DNA of 64,000 bases. It comes from an uncultured delta proteobacterium. Lineage in GTDB: Bacteria > Desulfobacterota > Binatia > Binatales > Binataceae. The position numbers were made by a program, and so were the translations under genes. Positions 46,054 through 55,641 of the stretch are shown here, one piece after another. Positions within the stretch are counted from its first letter, which is position 1. Each line of letters begins with the position of its first letter. The notes beneath the pieces were generated by a model that searched no databases, had not been told where the DNA came from, and worked only from the letters and a program-made list of their open reading frames with translations. The stretch covers positions 1,344,001-1,408,000 of the forward strand of contig CAVRVY010000004.1 of assembly GCA_963724765.1 (NCBI GenBank). The letters are read 5' to 3'.

Positions 46054-47328
46054 TCAAACAATCTTGCGCGCGGTTTCCTGGATCCGATCCATCCACATCG
46101 TAAGCGACGGCGCGTAAACCTGCGGCACGCATTCCGCGCAGATGTCGTCGGCGAGCGTGCGGATGTTCCTGAGCGCGTTGTCGAGCGTAACGGCACGGGC
46201 GAAGCCCAGCGGCAGACAGACCAGAACGTCGCTCAGCGTGCGCAGGGCGGACGCGAGGGCGATCAGAATAGCTTCGAGCACCGCCTCCTCGGGCGCGCGT
46301 TGCGGGCTGTAAAGGAGCGCATGGATTGCACGAAGTTCGCCGCCGAACACCAGCACCGCGCTCTCCAGCCGTGTGCCGACTCGTTGCGGCTGGCTCACGC
46401 CCTCGTCGCACATCATCGCGATCGACTGCAACTCTGAGAGCACCAGGTGAAGGTTGGTCTGCACGCGGTCAAGCCGGGCCTCGAAGGTGACGTTGTAGAT
46501 GTCGCGCACCAGCGCGTCCTGGCGGCGCGAGACGAACTTGGCGACCAGCGCGCCGAAGATGAGCAGCCCAATGACCGCCTCGAAGATCGAGAGGATCCTT
46601 ATCGGCCCAATCGGCAACACGTCGCCGTAGCCGACCGAGGTGGTGGTGACGAAACTGAAATAGAGCGCGCTCAGCAGCCCGTCAAACGTCCCCGCGATCG
46701 GCCTGCCGCTATCGACCAGCCCCGGACGGCGCGAAAACCCGGTCAGCCAGTAAAGGCCTCCGCACACCACGACCATCCCAAGCCATACGAAAAAAATCTG
46801 CGCGGGCGAGAGGCTTTCGATCAGATCGAGCAGCGCGTTGCCCCAGTGCCGGCTGCGCGACAACACCGGTTGCTCCGGCCGTGTCCGGCGCGCCGGCGAG
46901 GGCGTGAATTGCGCAGCCGATTGCAGCGCGGGCGGCGGCGACGGCTCGGCGCTGGCTGGCGCGCTCTTTACCGGCAGACCGGCCTCTTTCCAATCGGCGA
47001 TACCACCGCGGTAGTGCCGCACGTTGATATAGCCGAGCTGCTGGAGCAGGCGGACCGCCTGTGCGCCGGCCGTTCAGGTGAACTTCGCGCAATAGGCGGC
47101 GATGTCGGCGTTGCGGTCGGGCAACACCTGCGGCGCGCGATGTTCCACTTCGGCCAGTGGCAGATTGATGGCGCCGGAGATGTGCTCGGCCGCATATGCC
47201 TCGCGCGGGAGCACGTCGACCAGCAGCAGCGTCGTCTCGTCGAGACGGCGCCTGATCTCGTCGCGCGAAATCTCGCGGACTTCCTCCGCCGGAGCGGCGC
47301 CGGCATTCTCAGCCGAGGTTTGATCCAT
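46054..47328 (-). CDS. Rhodanese-domain / 2-TM potassium channel fusion with in-frame TGA (probable selenocysteine) at 47074-47076
   Basis: ORFs 47074-47328 and 46054-47022 are in the same frame with only the TGA between them. Read-through gives DVLP..Y...HISGAINLP...YCAKFT-U-TAGAQAVRLLQQLGYINVRHYRGGIADWKEAGLP (complete rhodanese), a Pro linker, then ALYFSFVTTTSVGYGDVLP. Confidence 0.8.
47031..47073 (-). promoter_or_regulatory. Candidate bacterial SECIS element
   Basis: mRNA UGA-ACGGCCGGCGCA-CAGGCG-GUC-CGCCUG-CUCCAGCAGCUCGGCU: perfect 6-bp upper stem with a G-led loop ~18 nt after UGA, plus a possible lower stem GCCG/CGGC. Confidence 0.65.
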
Positions 47329-47495
47329 ACTCGAACAGAATACGGCGCGGTATGGCGGTTGTCACGGCCTGAGCTTTTTTAGGTTTCGCTATTTTTCCGT
47401 TTCTTCGGATGACTCTTGTTTGCGCCGTGTCCGGCCATGATATGATTGTGGTCAGCCTTCCAAGCGCCGGCCGGCGCGACGGGGTGCCCAAAATT

Positions 47496-48962
47496 ATGGC
47501 AGACGCCAAGCGCGTACTGGTCGCTGAAGACCATCCGAGGACACGGCACGCATGGGCCGAGCTCATCGCCTCGTGGGGCTTCAAGGTCGAGGCCGCCGAA
47601 GACGGCCAGCGTGCGATCGAATTAATCGGGACTTTCGAGCCGCACATCGTGCTGCTCGATCTAAAGCTGCCGGTGAAGGACGGCCTCGAGGTGCTCGGCG
47701 AAATTCGCCAGCGCGGCCTTCCGATCACGACCATCGTAATTTCCGGCGAGGGCGATATTCCCGACGCCGTGCAAGCGATCAAGCTCGGCGCCTACGACTA
47801 CCTGCGCAAACCCGTCGATCCGCCGCGGCTGCGCCAGACGCTCAATAACCTGAGCGAGCATCTCGCGGTAAGCGAAGAGAACCAGCGCCTGCGGCTGCGC
47901 CTGATGGGCGTGGGCGAGCTGGGACCGATCATCGGGCAATCGCAGGCGATGCGCCGCGTGATGGCGCTGGTGGAACAGGCGGCGCCGAGTTCGGCCTCGG
48001 TCATCATCCAGGGCGATAGCGGCACCGGCAAGGAAATCGTGGCGCGCACGATCCATGAGTCCTCGCCGCGGCGCGGCGGCCCCTACGTGGCGATCAACTG
48101 CGCCGCGCTGCCCGAGGGCCTGCTCGAGAGCGAGCTTTTCGGCCACGAGCGCGGCGCGTTTACCGGGGCCGATCAGCGGCGCGCCGGATGCTTCGAGCTG
48201 GCCAACGGCGGCACGCTGCTGCTCGACGAAATCACCGAAATGAAACCCGAGCTGCAGGCCAAGCTGCTGCGTGTAATAGAGGACCGCAAGCTTAGACGGG
48301 TGGGCGGCAGCAGCGACATCGCGCTCAACGTGCGGGTGCTCGCGGCCACCAATCGCGATCTGGCAGGCGCGATCCAACAAGGGCGGCTGCGCGAGGATCT
48401 CTACTACCGGCTCAACGTATTTACCATCACGCTACCGCGGCTGGTGGAGCGTCTCGACGATCTGCCGACACTGGTCGATCATTTCGTGCGCGAGTTCGCT
48501 CGCGCCAATTCCAAGCAGATAAGCGGCGTGGACAACGAGTGCCTGGAAGCGTTGAAGACGCGGCGCTGGCCGGGCAACGCGCGTGAATTGCGCAACGTTA
48601 TCGAGCGCGCCGTGATCGTCAGCGCGGGCCCGCTGATTACGATCACCGACTTGCCTTCCGAGGGCGCGCTTGCGGGGCCTGCGGCGCAAACCGCCGCCGC
48701 GCCGCCGCGGGCGTCCGAAACTTCCGCGCAATCGGCGCCGTCCGCGTCCGGTTCGCCGGCGCCGGAATTGCCGGTAGGCCAGCCACTGCGCGAGGTGGAG
48801 CGGCAGCTCATCTTAAAAACGCTCGAGATGGCTGGCGGCAACCGGGTGCGGGCGGCGGAAATTCTCGGCATCAGCCCCAAAACTCTGTACAACAAGCTCG
48901 GCCGGTACCAGGCGAAATCCGAATCTGAAAAATCCGAGCCCGAGCCGGCCGACGAAGTTTAG
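47496..48962 (+). CDS. Sigma54-dependent response regulator (NtrC/AtoC family)
   Basis: Receiver domain (LVAED, LLDLKLP), [33 protein letters not shown], Fis HTH. Confidence 0.95.
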   Translation: MADAKRVLVAEDHPRTRHAWAELIASWGFKVEAAEDGQRAIELIGTFEPHIVLLDLKLPVKDGLEVLGEIRQRGLPITTIVISGEGDIPDAVQAIKLGAYDYLRKPVDPPRLRQTLNNLSEHLAVSEENQRLRLRLMGVGELGPIIGQSQAMRRVMALVEQAAPSSASVIIQGDSGTGKEIVARTIHESSPRRGGPYVAINCAALPEGLLESELFGHERGAFTGADQRRAGCFELANGGTLLLDEITEMKPELQAKLLRVIEDRKLRRVGGSSDIALNVRVLAATNRDLAGAIQQGRLREDLYYRLNVFTITLPRLVERLDDLPTLVDHFVREFARANSKQISGVDNECLEALKTRRWPGNARELRNVIERAVIVSAGPLITITDLPSEGALAGPAAQTAAAPPRASETSAQSAPSASGSPAPELPVGQPLREVERQLILKTLEMAGGNRVRAAEILGISPKTLYNKLGRYQAKSESEKSEPEPADEV

Positions 48963-49004
48963 GAACCCGACCGCCGCCACGCGCCAATCGGGGTAATCCC
49001 GGCC

Positions 49005-50825
49005 ATGGGCCTGCGCACCAAAATCGCCGCCATCTTTGTCCCCCTGCTGGTCCTCGCGGTATTGGCAGTCAGCGCCACCGAGGCCAACCACGCGGTGGGC
49101 GTGATGGTCGAGAGTCTGGGCGACTCCGGCAAGGTGCTGGTCGACGAGACCTTCGAACAGATTCGTACCGCCCTCGAACATTCCCAGGGTGACCCAGTCG
49201 CGATCCTGCGCCAGGACAAATCGCTGGCCGCGCTGCTCGCCTCCTCGCGCGCCTTCGGCAAGGGCGTGGTCTACGCGCGGGTGGTCACGCTTAACGGTGA
49301 ACTGGTGGCGGGAACCAGCGGTGACCCGGTCAGCGACGCTCCGCCGCGGCCGTTCGTGGAACTGCAGCGGGCGGCCTCGCGATGGTCGCCGTTGCAGCGA
49401 ATCCGCCCATTGTGGGGCGAGCACATCTACGAAATCAGCACGCAGGTCGAAATCAACCGGCAGCCGTTCGCGCTTATCAAGGTCGGCCTCTCGACGGCGC
49501 TCATCGCGACCGAGGTCCGCCATGCGGTGGGCAACGTAGTGTTCATCGCGGCCGCGGTGCTCGCGATGAGCCTGCTGGCTGCGCTGCTGGCCGGCGCGCT
49601 GCTGCTGGCTCCGGTGGCCGCGATTACCGCCGAGGTCGAGCGGCTGGCCGCCGGGCGCGATAGCGGCAGCCTGCTCATCCGCGGCCGCGACGAGCTGAGC
49701 GCACTGGCGCGGAAGTTCAACGAGCTCTCCCATCGCGTGCGCTCCGACCGCGTGCAATGGGAGGACGAACGCGGCCGTTTCATCAATATCTTTCGCTCGA
49801 TCGACGACGCCGTGCTGCTGCTGGACTCCGAGGGCATCGTTCGGTTCTCCAACAACGACGCGCAGGGGCGCCTCGGACTTCCCGCCGGCGGTCTCGCCCA
49901 GGGCAAGGCGCTCGCGGCGCTGATTGGCGAGAGCCATCCGCTGGTCAGGGTCATGCGCACGGCCAGGGCGGCGGGTACGGAACTGCGCGACGTGGCGATC
50001 GAGGAAGGGCTCGGCAAGGACAAGACGCGCCTGCTGGTTTCGATCTTTCCGCTGGGCGGCGATCGCGCACGCGCCGGGCAGCTCGTGATCGTGCGCGATC
50101 TTGGCCCGGTCCAGCAGCTCGAAAGCGTAGTCGACAATTCAGAGCGCCTGGCGCGCCTGGGCGGGCTTTTCTCCGGCGTGGCCCATCAGATTCGCAACCC
50201 GCTCAACGCGATCACGCTCGAACTCGAGCTGCTGAGCCAGGACGCACGTGAATCGAAACCGGTCGAAGACCACGTGCACGCGGTGCGCGAGGAAATGAGC
50301 CGAATCGATTTGGTAATAGAGGCGCTGATGCGTTTCATGCGGCCTGGCCAGTTGAAAATCGAGCGGGTTGCTGCCAACGATCTGGTGAGCGAAGTCGCCA
50401 AGGGTGTGAACGATCCGCTGATCGAGGTCAGGTGCAATCTCGATCCGGCGGCCGCATTCATCAAGGCCGACCACGGGGTGCTGGTGGAAGCGTTGCGTAA
50501 TGTCGTGCAGAACGCCGTCGACGCGATGCCCAAGGGCGGCAGGCTCACGCTTACCAGTGCGCTGGTCGAGGGCTCTGTGGAGCTCTCGATCTCGGATACC
50601 GGAGAAGGCATCGCGCCCGAGCATCTCGAGAATATCTTCCAGCTTTATTTCACCACCAAGGAGGACGGCAACGGCGTCGGCTTACCGCTGGCGCTGCGCG
50701 CGGTCGACCTGCACGGCGGCACACTGAACATCGAGTCCAAGCTAAACGAGGGCACTTCCGTGCGCATCCGGCTGCCGCTCGACGACCACGCCTCGCGGCC
50801 GGCTGCGGACATCAACGCCAACTAG
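49005..50825 (+). CDS. Membrane sensor histidine kinase (periplasmic-HAMP-PAS-HisKA-HATPase)
   Basis: Two TM segments, RDELSAL HAMP, PAS (IDDAVLLLD), H-box VAHQIRNPL, NAVDAM, DTGEGI, FTTK, GVGL. Confidence 0.93.
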   Translation: MGLRTKIAAIFVPLLVLAVLAVSATEANHAVGVMVESLGDSGKVLVDETFEQIRTALEHSQGDPVAILRQDKSLAALLASSRAFGKGVVYARVVTLNGELVAGTSGDPVSDAPPRPFVELQRAASRWSPLQRIRPLWGEHIYEISTQVEINRQPFALIKVGLSTALIATEVRHAVGNVVFIAAAVLAMSLLAALLAGALLLAPVAAITAEVERLAAGRDSGSLLIRGRDELSALARKFNELSHRVRSDRVQWEDERGRFINIFRSIDDAVLLLDSEGIVRFSNNDAQGRLGLPAGGLAQGKALAALIGESHPLVRVMRTARAAGTELRDVAIEEGLGKDKTRLLVSIFPLGGDRARAGQLVIVRDLGPVQQLESVVDNSERLARLGGLFSGVAHQIRNPLNAITLELELLSQDARESKPVEDHVHAVREEMSRIDLVIEALMRFMRPGQLKIERVAANDLVSEVAKGVNDPLIEVRCNLDPAAAFIKADHGVLVEALRNVVQNAVDAMPKGGRLTLTSALVEGSVELSISDTGEGIAPEHLENIFQLYFTTKEDGNGVGLPLALRAVDLHGGTLNIESKLNEGTSVRIRLPLDDHASRPAADINAN

Positions 50826-50856
50826 GGCTGCCCACTGCACGGGAGCGGTAAGTAGG

Positions 50857-51399
50857 ATGAAGGGCCGGTTTTTGCGGCGCGTCGCCGCCGCGGGACTTCT
50901 GTGCCTGGCGCACTCGGGATGTTTCGGGCCGGGCGGAAGCTGGCAGCTTCCGAGCTTCATGCACTCCTCGCCGCCGCCCGCGCCGGCGACTCATCTTTAC
51001 CAGCCCAGCGCGGCCGGAGAAATCAATAGCACTCCTCCCGCCGCTGAAAATGGAACCCCTGTCAGAAGGGTTCGTTCGCGGCGTCCTCCCGATCACGGAG
51101 TACCGGCCGCCGTGGCGACTCCATCGCCGCCCGTCCAGCCAATGCCGACATCGACCGTTACACTGGCGGACGGCCCTTCCAAGCAGAGGGCTCTGCGCCT
51201 GCTGGATGATACGGGAGCGAAACTGGCCAAGGTCGATCGCAACACGCTCGGCGCCGACAGCGCGACCACTTACGATCAGGCCAATAACTTCTTGCAGGCT
51301 GGCCGCAGGGCGGCGACCGAAGAGGACTACGTCGCGGCGTCAGGCTTCGCCGAGAAGGCCGCCGTGCTGGCGGCCAAGCTGGCGCCGGCATCGCCCTGA
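50857..51399 (+). CDS. Putative lipoprotein (Pro-rich linker plus helical C-terminal domain)
   Basis: Signal peptide ending AHSGC; RBS agga; co-directional with the kinase gene. Confidence 0.7.
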   Translation: MKGRFLRRVAAAGLLCLAHSGCFGPGGSWQLPSFMHSSPPPAPATHLYQPSAAGEINSTPPAAENGTPVRRVRSRRPPDHGVPAAVATPSPPVQPMPTSTVTLADGPSKQRALRLLDDTGAKLAKVDRNTLGADSATTYDQANNFLQAGRRAATEEDYVAASGFAEKAAVLAAKLAPASP

Positions 51400-51517
51400 A
51401 CCTTTCGCGCCGCGCGTCGCAGCCCTCGCTCTTTTGCAATCCTGGCTGCGATGAAACTGTCGATGCATTACCGCCGCGCGCGATGACCCAGCGGCACCTC
51501 GGGCTGTGCGGGAAGGC

Positions 51518-52606
51518 TCATCTTGCGCCAAAGGACACGTCATCGACGGTGGGGACTACCGGCCGCAGCGGAATCCCTGGGCCGGTCATATAGTAGCCCT
51601 CCGCTGCGTGCCGGATGGCCGTTCCACCAAGGCTTGCATGCGATGGATTGAGCGTGACCCAGGATTGCGACCAGATGAAGAGCGCGCCGGCCACGGCCAG
51701 CGCGAGCGCCGTCACCGCCAGCGCGGCCCGCGTCAGACGCGCGCGCGGATTCGCTTCGCTCGCCGGCCCGTCGGCGGCAGTGCGTACGCCTTTGGCGCTG
51801 AGCAAATCCTCGTATTCGCTGACCGCGCTCTTGACCATCGCCAGGCTGACTTTTCTGCCTCCCGCCGCGTATCCCTGCAGCATCGAATTGTGGCTGAGCA
51901 CGTTCACCTGGCGTGGAATTCCACCGCTGTGGGCGACCAGATGGCTGAGCGCGGCGGATGCGAATATTTTCCCGGCACTCCCGCCCTTGGCGCGCAGCCG
52001 GCAATCGATGTATTCGCGCACCTCAGCCGGGCTTAGCGGCTTGAGCAGTGCGCGCGCGCCGATCCGCTGGTTCAGACTCTGCATCGCCGGACGCGCCAGC
52101 CGCGCGATCAGCTCAGGCTGTCCCACAAGGATTATCTGCAAGCGGCGCTCTTCAAAGGTGTCCGCATTGGACAGCAGACGCAGGCCCTCCAGCGCGTCGT
52201 CGCTCAATTCGTGGGCTTCATCGATAACAATCGCGATCCGCTCGCCTGGCGCCAGATCGTCGAGCAATTCGGCGAAGCCCTCGGTCAGCTCCAGCCGCGT
52301 CTGCCCGCTCCAGCCGGGAGCGAGCTGCGACATCACTATCTGCATCATCTGGTCGAAATCGAGCGTGGAATTACTCAGCAGCGCGGTCCGCACGTTGCGA
52401 TGGTGTCGCGTCAGGATCGAGCGGATCAACGTAGTTTTGCCGACGCCACTCTCGCCCACCAAAAGGGTGAAGCCGGTTGGTTCGTGGAGCATCCCCCATT
52501 CGAGCGCGGCGAGGGCTTCGCGATGCGTGTGGCTGAGGTACAAAGCGTCAGGCGCGGGGGTGAACTGAAAAGGCGGTCCGCTCAGGGCAAAGTGACGATG
52601 ATACAT
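51518..52606 (-). CDS. ExeA/GspA-like AAA ATPase with C-terminal TM anchor
   Basis: MYHRHFAL..PPFQFTP, GESGVGKTT, VIDEAH, ILVGQPEL, LNQRI, SGGIPRQVN. Confidence 0.88.
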   Translation of the reverse strand: MYHRHFALSGPPFQFTPAPDALYLSHTHREALAALEWGMLHEPTGFTLLVGESGVGKTTLIRSILTRHHRNVRTALLSNSTLDFDQMMQIVMSQLAPGWSGQTRLELTEGFAELLDDLAPGERIAIVIDEAHELSDDALEGLRLLSNADTFEERRLQIILVGQPELIARLARPAMQSLNQRIGARALLKPLSPAEVREYIDCRLRAKGGSAGKIFASAALSHLVAHSGGIPRQVNVLSHNSMLQGYAAGGRKVSLAMVKSAVSEYEDLLSAKGVRTAADGPASEANPRARLTRAALAVTALALAVAGALFIWSQSWVTLNPSHASLGGTAIRHAAEGYYMTGPGIPLRPVVPTVDDVSFGAR

Positions 52607-52877
52607 AACGGCGTCAGCGCGCGACCGCGCACAACGTTCCGCATTCAGGCGATGGACGCGTCAGCCATCGGCGCTGGCGCGCCCGCATATCACCATGGCG
52701 GCGATTATATGGCGGACTTTTCATCGCATTACGTTCTTAATCTCGGCATTACGTTGAATGGCTCGTCTCCTCACTTGGTGGCTATGCCGTTTGACGAAAC
52801 GCGCCGCCACGCAACAGCCCGTCGGGCCCTCTACATCCGGAGCGGCTGCCGGGCCCGCTCCCTCTTCTCATCTAAGG

Positions 52878-52892
52878 GCAAAGTCCATGCCC
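52878..52892 (-). promoter_or_regulatory. Candidate sigma54 promoter oriented toward the ExeA-like gene
   Basis: Minus strand GGGCATGGACTTTGC with GG-N10-GC spacing. Confidence 0.5.
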
Positions 52893-53154
52893 ATTAGCGG
52901 CTCTCGGGATTGCGGGTTTTGCAGTATGCATTCGCGAAGATGCGGCAAAGCTTACCGAGTTCTCGCAGTAAAACTTTCCTAGACGCCGGTAAACGCCAGA
53001 CCTCCGCTGCATCGGCAGAGCGGCGGCCGAAGCAGCGGCGCTCCTTTGGCGCGCGCCGCGTAGTTGAAAAAAAGAAATAGCCGCGGCTCCGACTGGACCG
53101 CAGCTATTACTTGGAAACGTGCCTTGCGAAATGCGTCTGAGCGACGCGCCGGTT

Positions 53155-54288
53155 TCAGGCGAGCAGCGACTTCGCCACGGTCTCACGATGGATCGGCGCG
53201 TTACCGAAATTCGCCTCACCGGCAAGCGCGCGGCGATGGTACAGATGCATGTCGTGTTCCCAGGTGAAACCGATCCCGCCGTGCACCTGGATCGCTTCGC
53301 TGGTGACGTTCTTGGCCATGTCGGAGGCATACGCCTTGGCCATCGGCACCGCAGTGGCGGCCTCGGGCAGCCGCTCGTCGACCGTCCAGCAGGCGTAGTA
53401 AGTGAGCGAGCGCGTGTTCTCGACCGCCACCATCATGTCGACGCACTTATGCTTGATCGCCTGGAACGATCCGATCGGTTTGCCGAATTGCACCCGCGTC
53501 TTGGCGTAGTCGACCGCGATATCGAGCGCCTTCTGCGCGGTGCCGACCATCTCGGCCGACAACGCGGCGGTTGCGATATCCAGCGTGCGGCGCAGGATCG
53601 GCCATCCGTGGCCCTCCTTGCCGAGTAAATTCGCGGCTGCGACAGTGACGCCGTCGAACTTGACGTGACAGAGCCGCCGGGTCATGTCGACGGTCTTGAG
53701 CTGGGTTATCGTGACGCCTTTTTGTTTCGCCGGCACCATCAGCAGCGTCACGCCGTCCTCGCCGCTACCGGCGCTGCGCGCGGCCACCACGATACAGTCG
53801 GCGACGTGCGCGTCGGGCACGAAAAATTTCTCGCCCGAGAGCGTGTAGTCGGCGCCCTTTTTCTCCGCCTTCAATTCAATTCCGCCCGCATCGAAACGCC
53901 CCGCCGCCTCGGCGATCGCGACGGTCGCGATGTATTCGCCCTTGGCCATCTTCGGCAGCAGTTCTTTTTTTTGCGCATCGGAGCCGCCGTCGATCACGAT
54001 CGGCGCGCCGAGCAGCGCGGCCGCAAAGAAGGGACCGGGGACCAGCGCCTTGCCGGCTTCCTCGGCGATCACCGTCATGTCGAGAAAGGTGCCGCCCTGG
54101 CCGCCGTACTCCTCGGGTATCAGCAACCCGGGCCACCCGAGATCGACCAGCTTGCGCCAGAAGCCCGCGTCGTGCGCGCTCTCATCGGCCATCATCTGCC
54201 GCACGAACTTGGTCGAGCAGGTGTCGGCCAGAAAGCGCTTGGCCGCATCACGCAACATCTCTTGTTCTTCTGAAAATCCGAAGTCCAA
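53155..54288 (-). CDS. Acyl-CoA dehydrogenase family protein (partner-subunit type)
   Basis: TTG start LDFGFSEEQEMLR, LGWPGLLIPEEYGG, RVQFGKPIGSFQAIKH, IQVHGGIGFTWEHD. Confidence 0.92.
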   Translation of the reverse strand: MDFGFSEEQEMLRDAAKRFLADTCSTKFVRQMMADESAHDAGFWRKLVDLGWPGLLIPEEYGGQGGTFLDMTVIAEEAGKALVPGPFFAAALLGAPIVIDGGSDAQKKELLPKMAKGEYIATVAIAEAAGRFDAGGIELKAEKKGADYTLSGEKFFVPDAHVADCIVVAARSAGSGEDGVTLLMVPAKQKGVTITQLKTVDMTRRLCHVKFDGVTVAAANLLGKEGHGWPILRRTLDIATAALSAEMVGTAQKALDIAVDYAKTRVQFGKPIGSFQAIKHKCVDMMVAVENTRSLTYYACWTVDERLPEAATAVPMAKAYASDMAKNVTSEAIQVHGGIGFTWEHDMHLYHRRALAGEANFGNAPIHRETVAKSLLA

Positions 54289-54427
54289 CTTGGCTGTTCC
54301 TCCGCTGCCGGCTGGAATGCGCCCTGCGCAAAATCCACGCCAGAGCCAGATTCCAGCTACCACTAACCGTTTGGGCCCTGCAAGCGCGCCGCCTGCCAGC
54401 TATCCTGCGACGGGCAGCCTTCGCCGC

Positions 54428-55609
54428 TTAGACGGCTTTGCCGCTGACCAGCGCCAGCACCCCCGAATATTGAAGCGTCCCGTAGCCGTCGCCCAGCGGG
54501 CCGATTTCGAAACCCGTGAAAAAGCCGGCGATCGGCAGATGGCCGAGATAGCGGCCGATGTACGCCGAGTCGTGGTCGGGAATGTTGTACAGCGCGGCGC
54601 CGCGCGAGACGCAATCGAAGTACAATCCGAAAGCCGGCGGCGCAACCGCGTGCGCCTGCATCTCCTCGAGCGTCGCCTTGAGCTCGTCGCGCGAGCGCTC
54701 GCCATTGCGCAGCGCGAAACCCACCCGATCGCCAATCTTCGGACGATGAGCGACGGCGATCACCCCATGCTCGGTGCTCGCGCCCACAATGTTGCGTACC
54801 AAGTAGCGCCCGCGTTCCATCTGTTCGGCGTCCGGGTCCAAGGGGACGCCCAAAAAGACAAAGGCGACGGCGCGCTTGAGGTCCTCGGCAAGCGGGCCGG
54901 CCGCCTCGGCGAAGACCTCGAAGGCGCGCCGCCCGTCGAGCTCGACCAGTATATTGTCGCGCACGGCGGTGACCCGATGGGTCTTGCCGAGCGGCGTGCA
55001 GGCCAACGAAGCGCCCAGGTTGAGATCGAAGTCGCCCGCGAGCAGCATCCCGGCCACTGCGTTGGAACTGACGGTGTCGCCGCAGAACTGAAAGGTCTCG
55101 CCGATCGAGCCATCCTCGCTCGCTCCGCCTCCCACCACCATCACGCCGGGCAGCTCGCGCGCGAGCCCGGCCAAAAGCGCGTCGGGCTCCGTATTGTAGG
55201 TGTCGGCGAATATGCAGAGCAGGTTGTTGTTGCCGAGCGCCGGACGCACGGCGGCGGCGATCTCGCCGGCGGCCTCGCGCGCGCGGCCGCGCAACGAGGG
55301 CACGAACAGCCGCTTGGCGCTGAGTGAGCTGCCACCGAAGACCATCACCGCAACCGCGGGGCCCGATTCGATCTCGCGCTCGGCCGCGATCACGCCCACA
55401 CTGGAGCATCCGGCCACTTCGCGCGTGCGCGCCTCGGCCGCGACCGTGCGCGTGATCAGCCCGAAGGCCGCGCCGTGAGCCGTGGTCGCAAAGCACAGCG
55501 CGCCGGCCGCATGATGCAACCCCGCCTGGCGCATCGCCCCCCGCGTGGCTTCGGCGGCGGCCACCCTGGGGTTGTTCGAGATCGAGTATCCGACTCCTGC
55601 GTGCAGCAT
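54428..55609 (-). CDS. FIST N/C domain protein (NosP-like)
   Basis: VAGCSSVGVI, VGGGAS, ELDGRRA, YLVRNIVG, YFDCVSRG, AGFFTGFEIGP. Confidence 0.88.
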   Translation of the reverse strand: MLHAGVGYSISNNPRVAAAEATRGAMRQAGLHHAAGALCFATTAHGAAFGLITRTVAAEARTREVAGCSSVGVIAAEREIESGPAVAVMVFGGSSLSAKRLFVPSLRGRAREAAGEIAAAVRPALGNNNLLCIFADTYNTEPDALLAGLARELPGVMVVGGGASEDGSIGETFQFCGDTVSSNAVAGMLLAGDFDLNLGASLACTPLGKTHRVTAVRDNILVELDGRRAFEVFAEAAGPLAEDLKRAVAFVFLGVPLDPDAEQMERGRYLVRNIVGASTEHGVIAVAHRPKIGDRVGFALRNGERSRDELKATLEEMQAHAVAPPAFGLYFDCVSRGAALYNIPDHDSAYIGRYLGHLPIAGFFTGFEIGPLGDGYGTLQYSGVLALVSGKAV

Positions 55610-55641
55610 AATCCCTATGTCCCGCCTCTCATCCGCGCTTC

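Noticed and set aside
47074-47328. 84-aa stand-alone rhodanese and a separate channel gene starting at GTG 47022
   Set aside because: The split would cut the rhodanese fold at its active-site loop, and the second half continues in frame. It was treated as one CDS, although a nonsense pseudogene cannot be fully excluded.
51400-51520. TGA read-through extending the ExeA-like gene
   Set aside because: No Cys-like context or evident SECIS, and the extension runs into the convergent lipoprotein gene without recognisable sequence.
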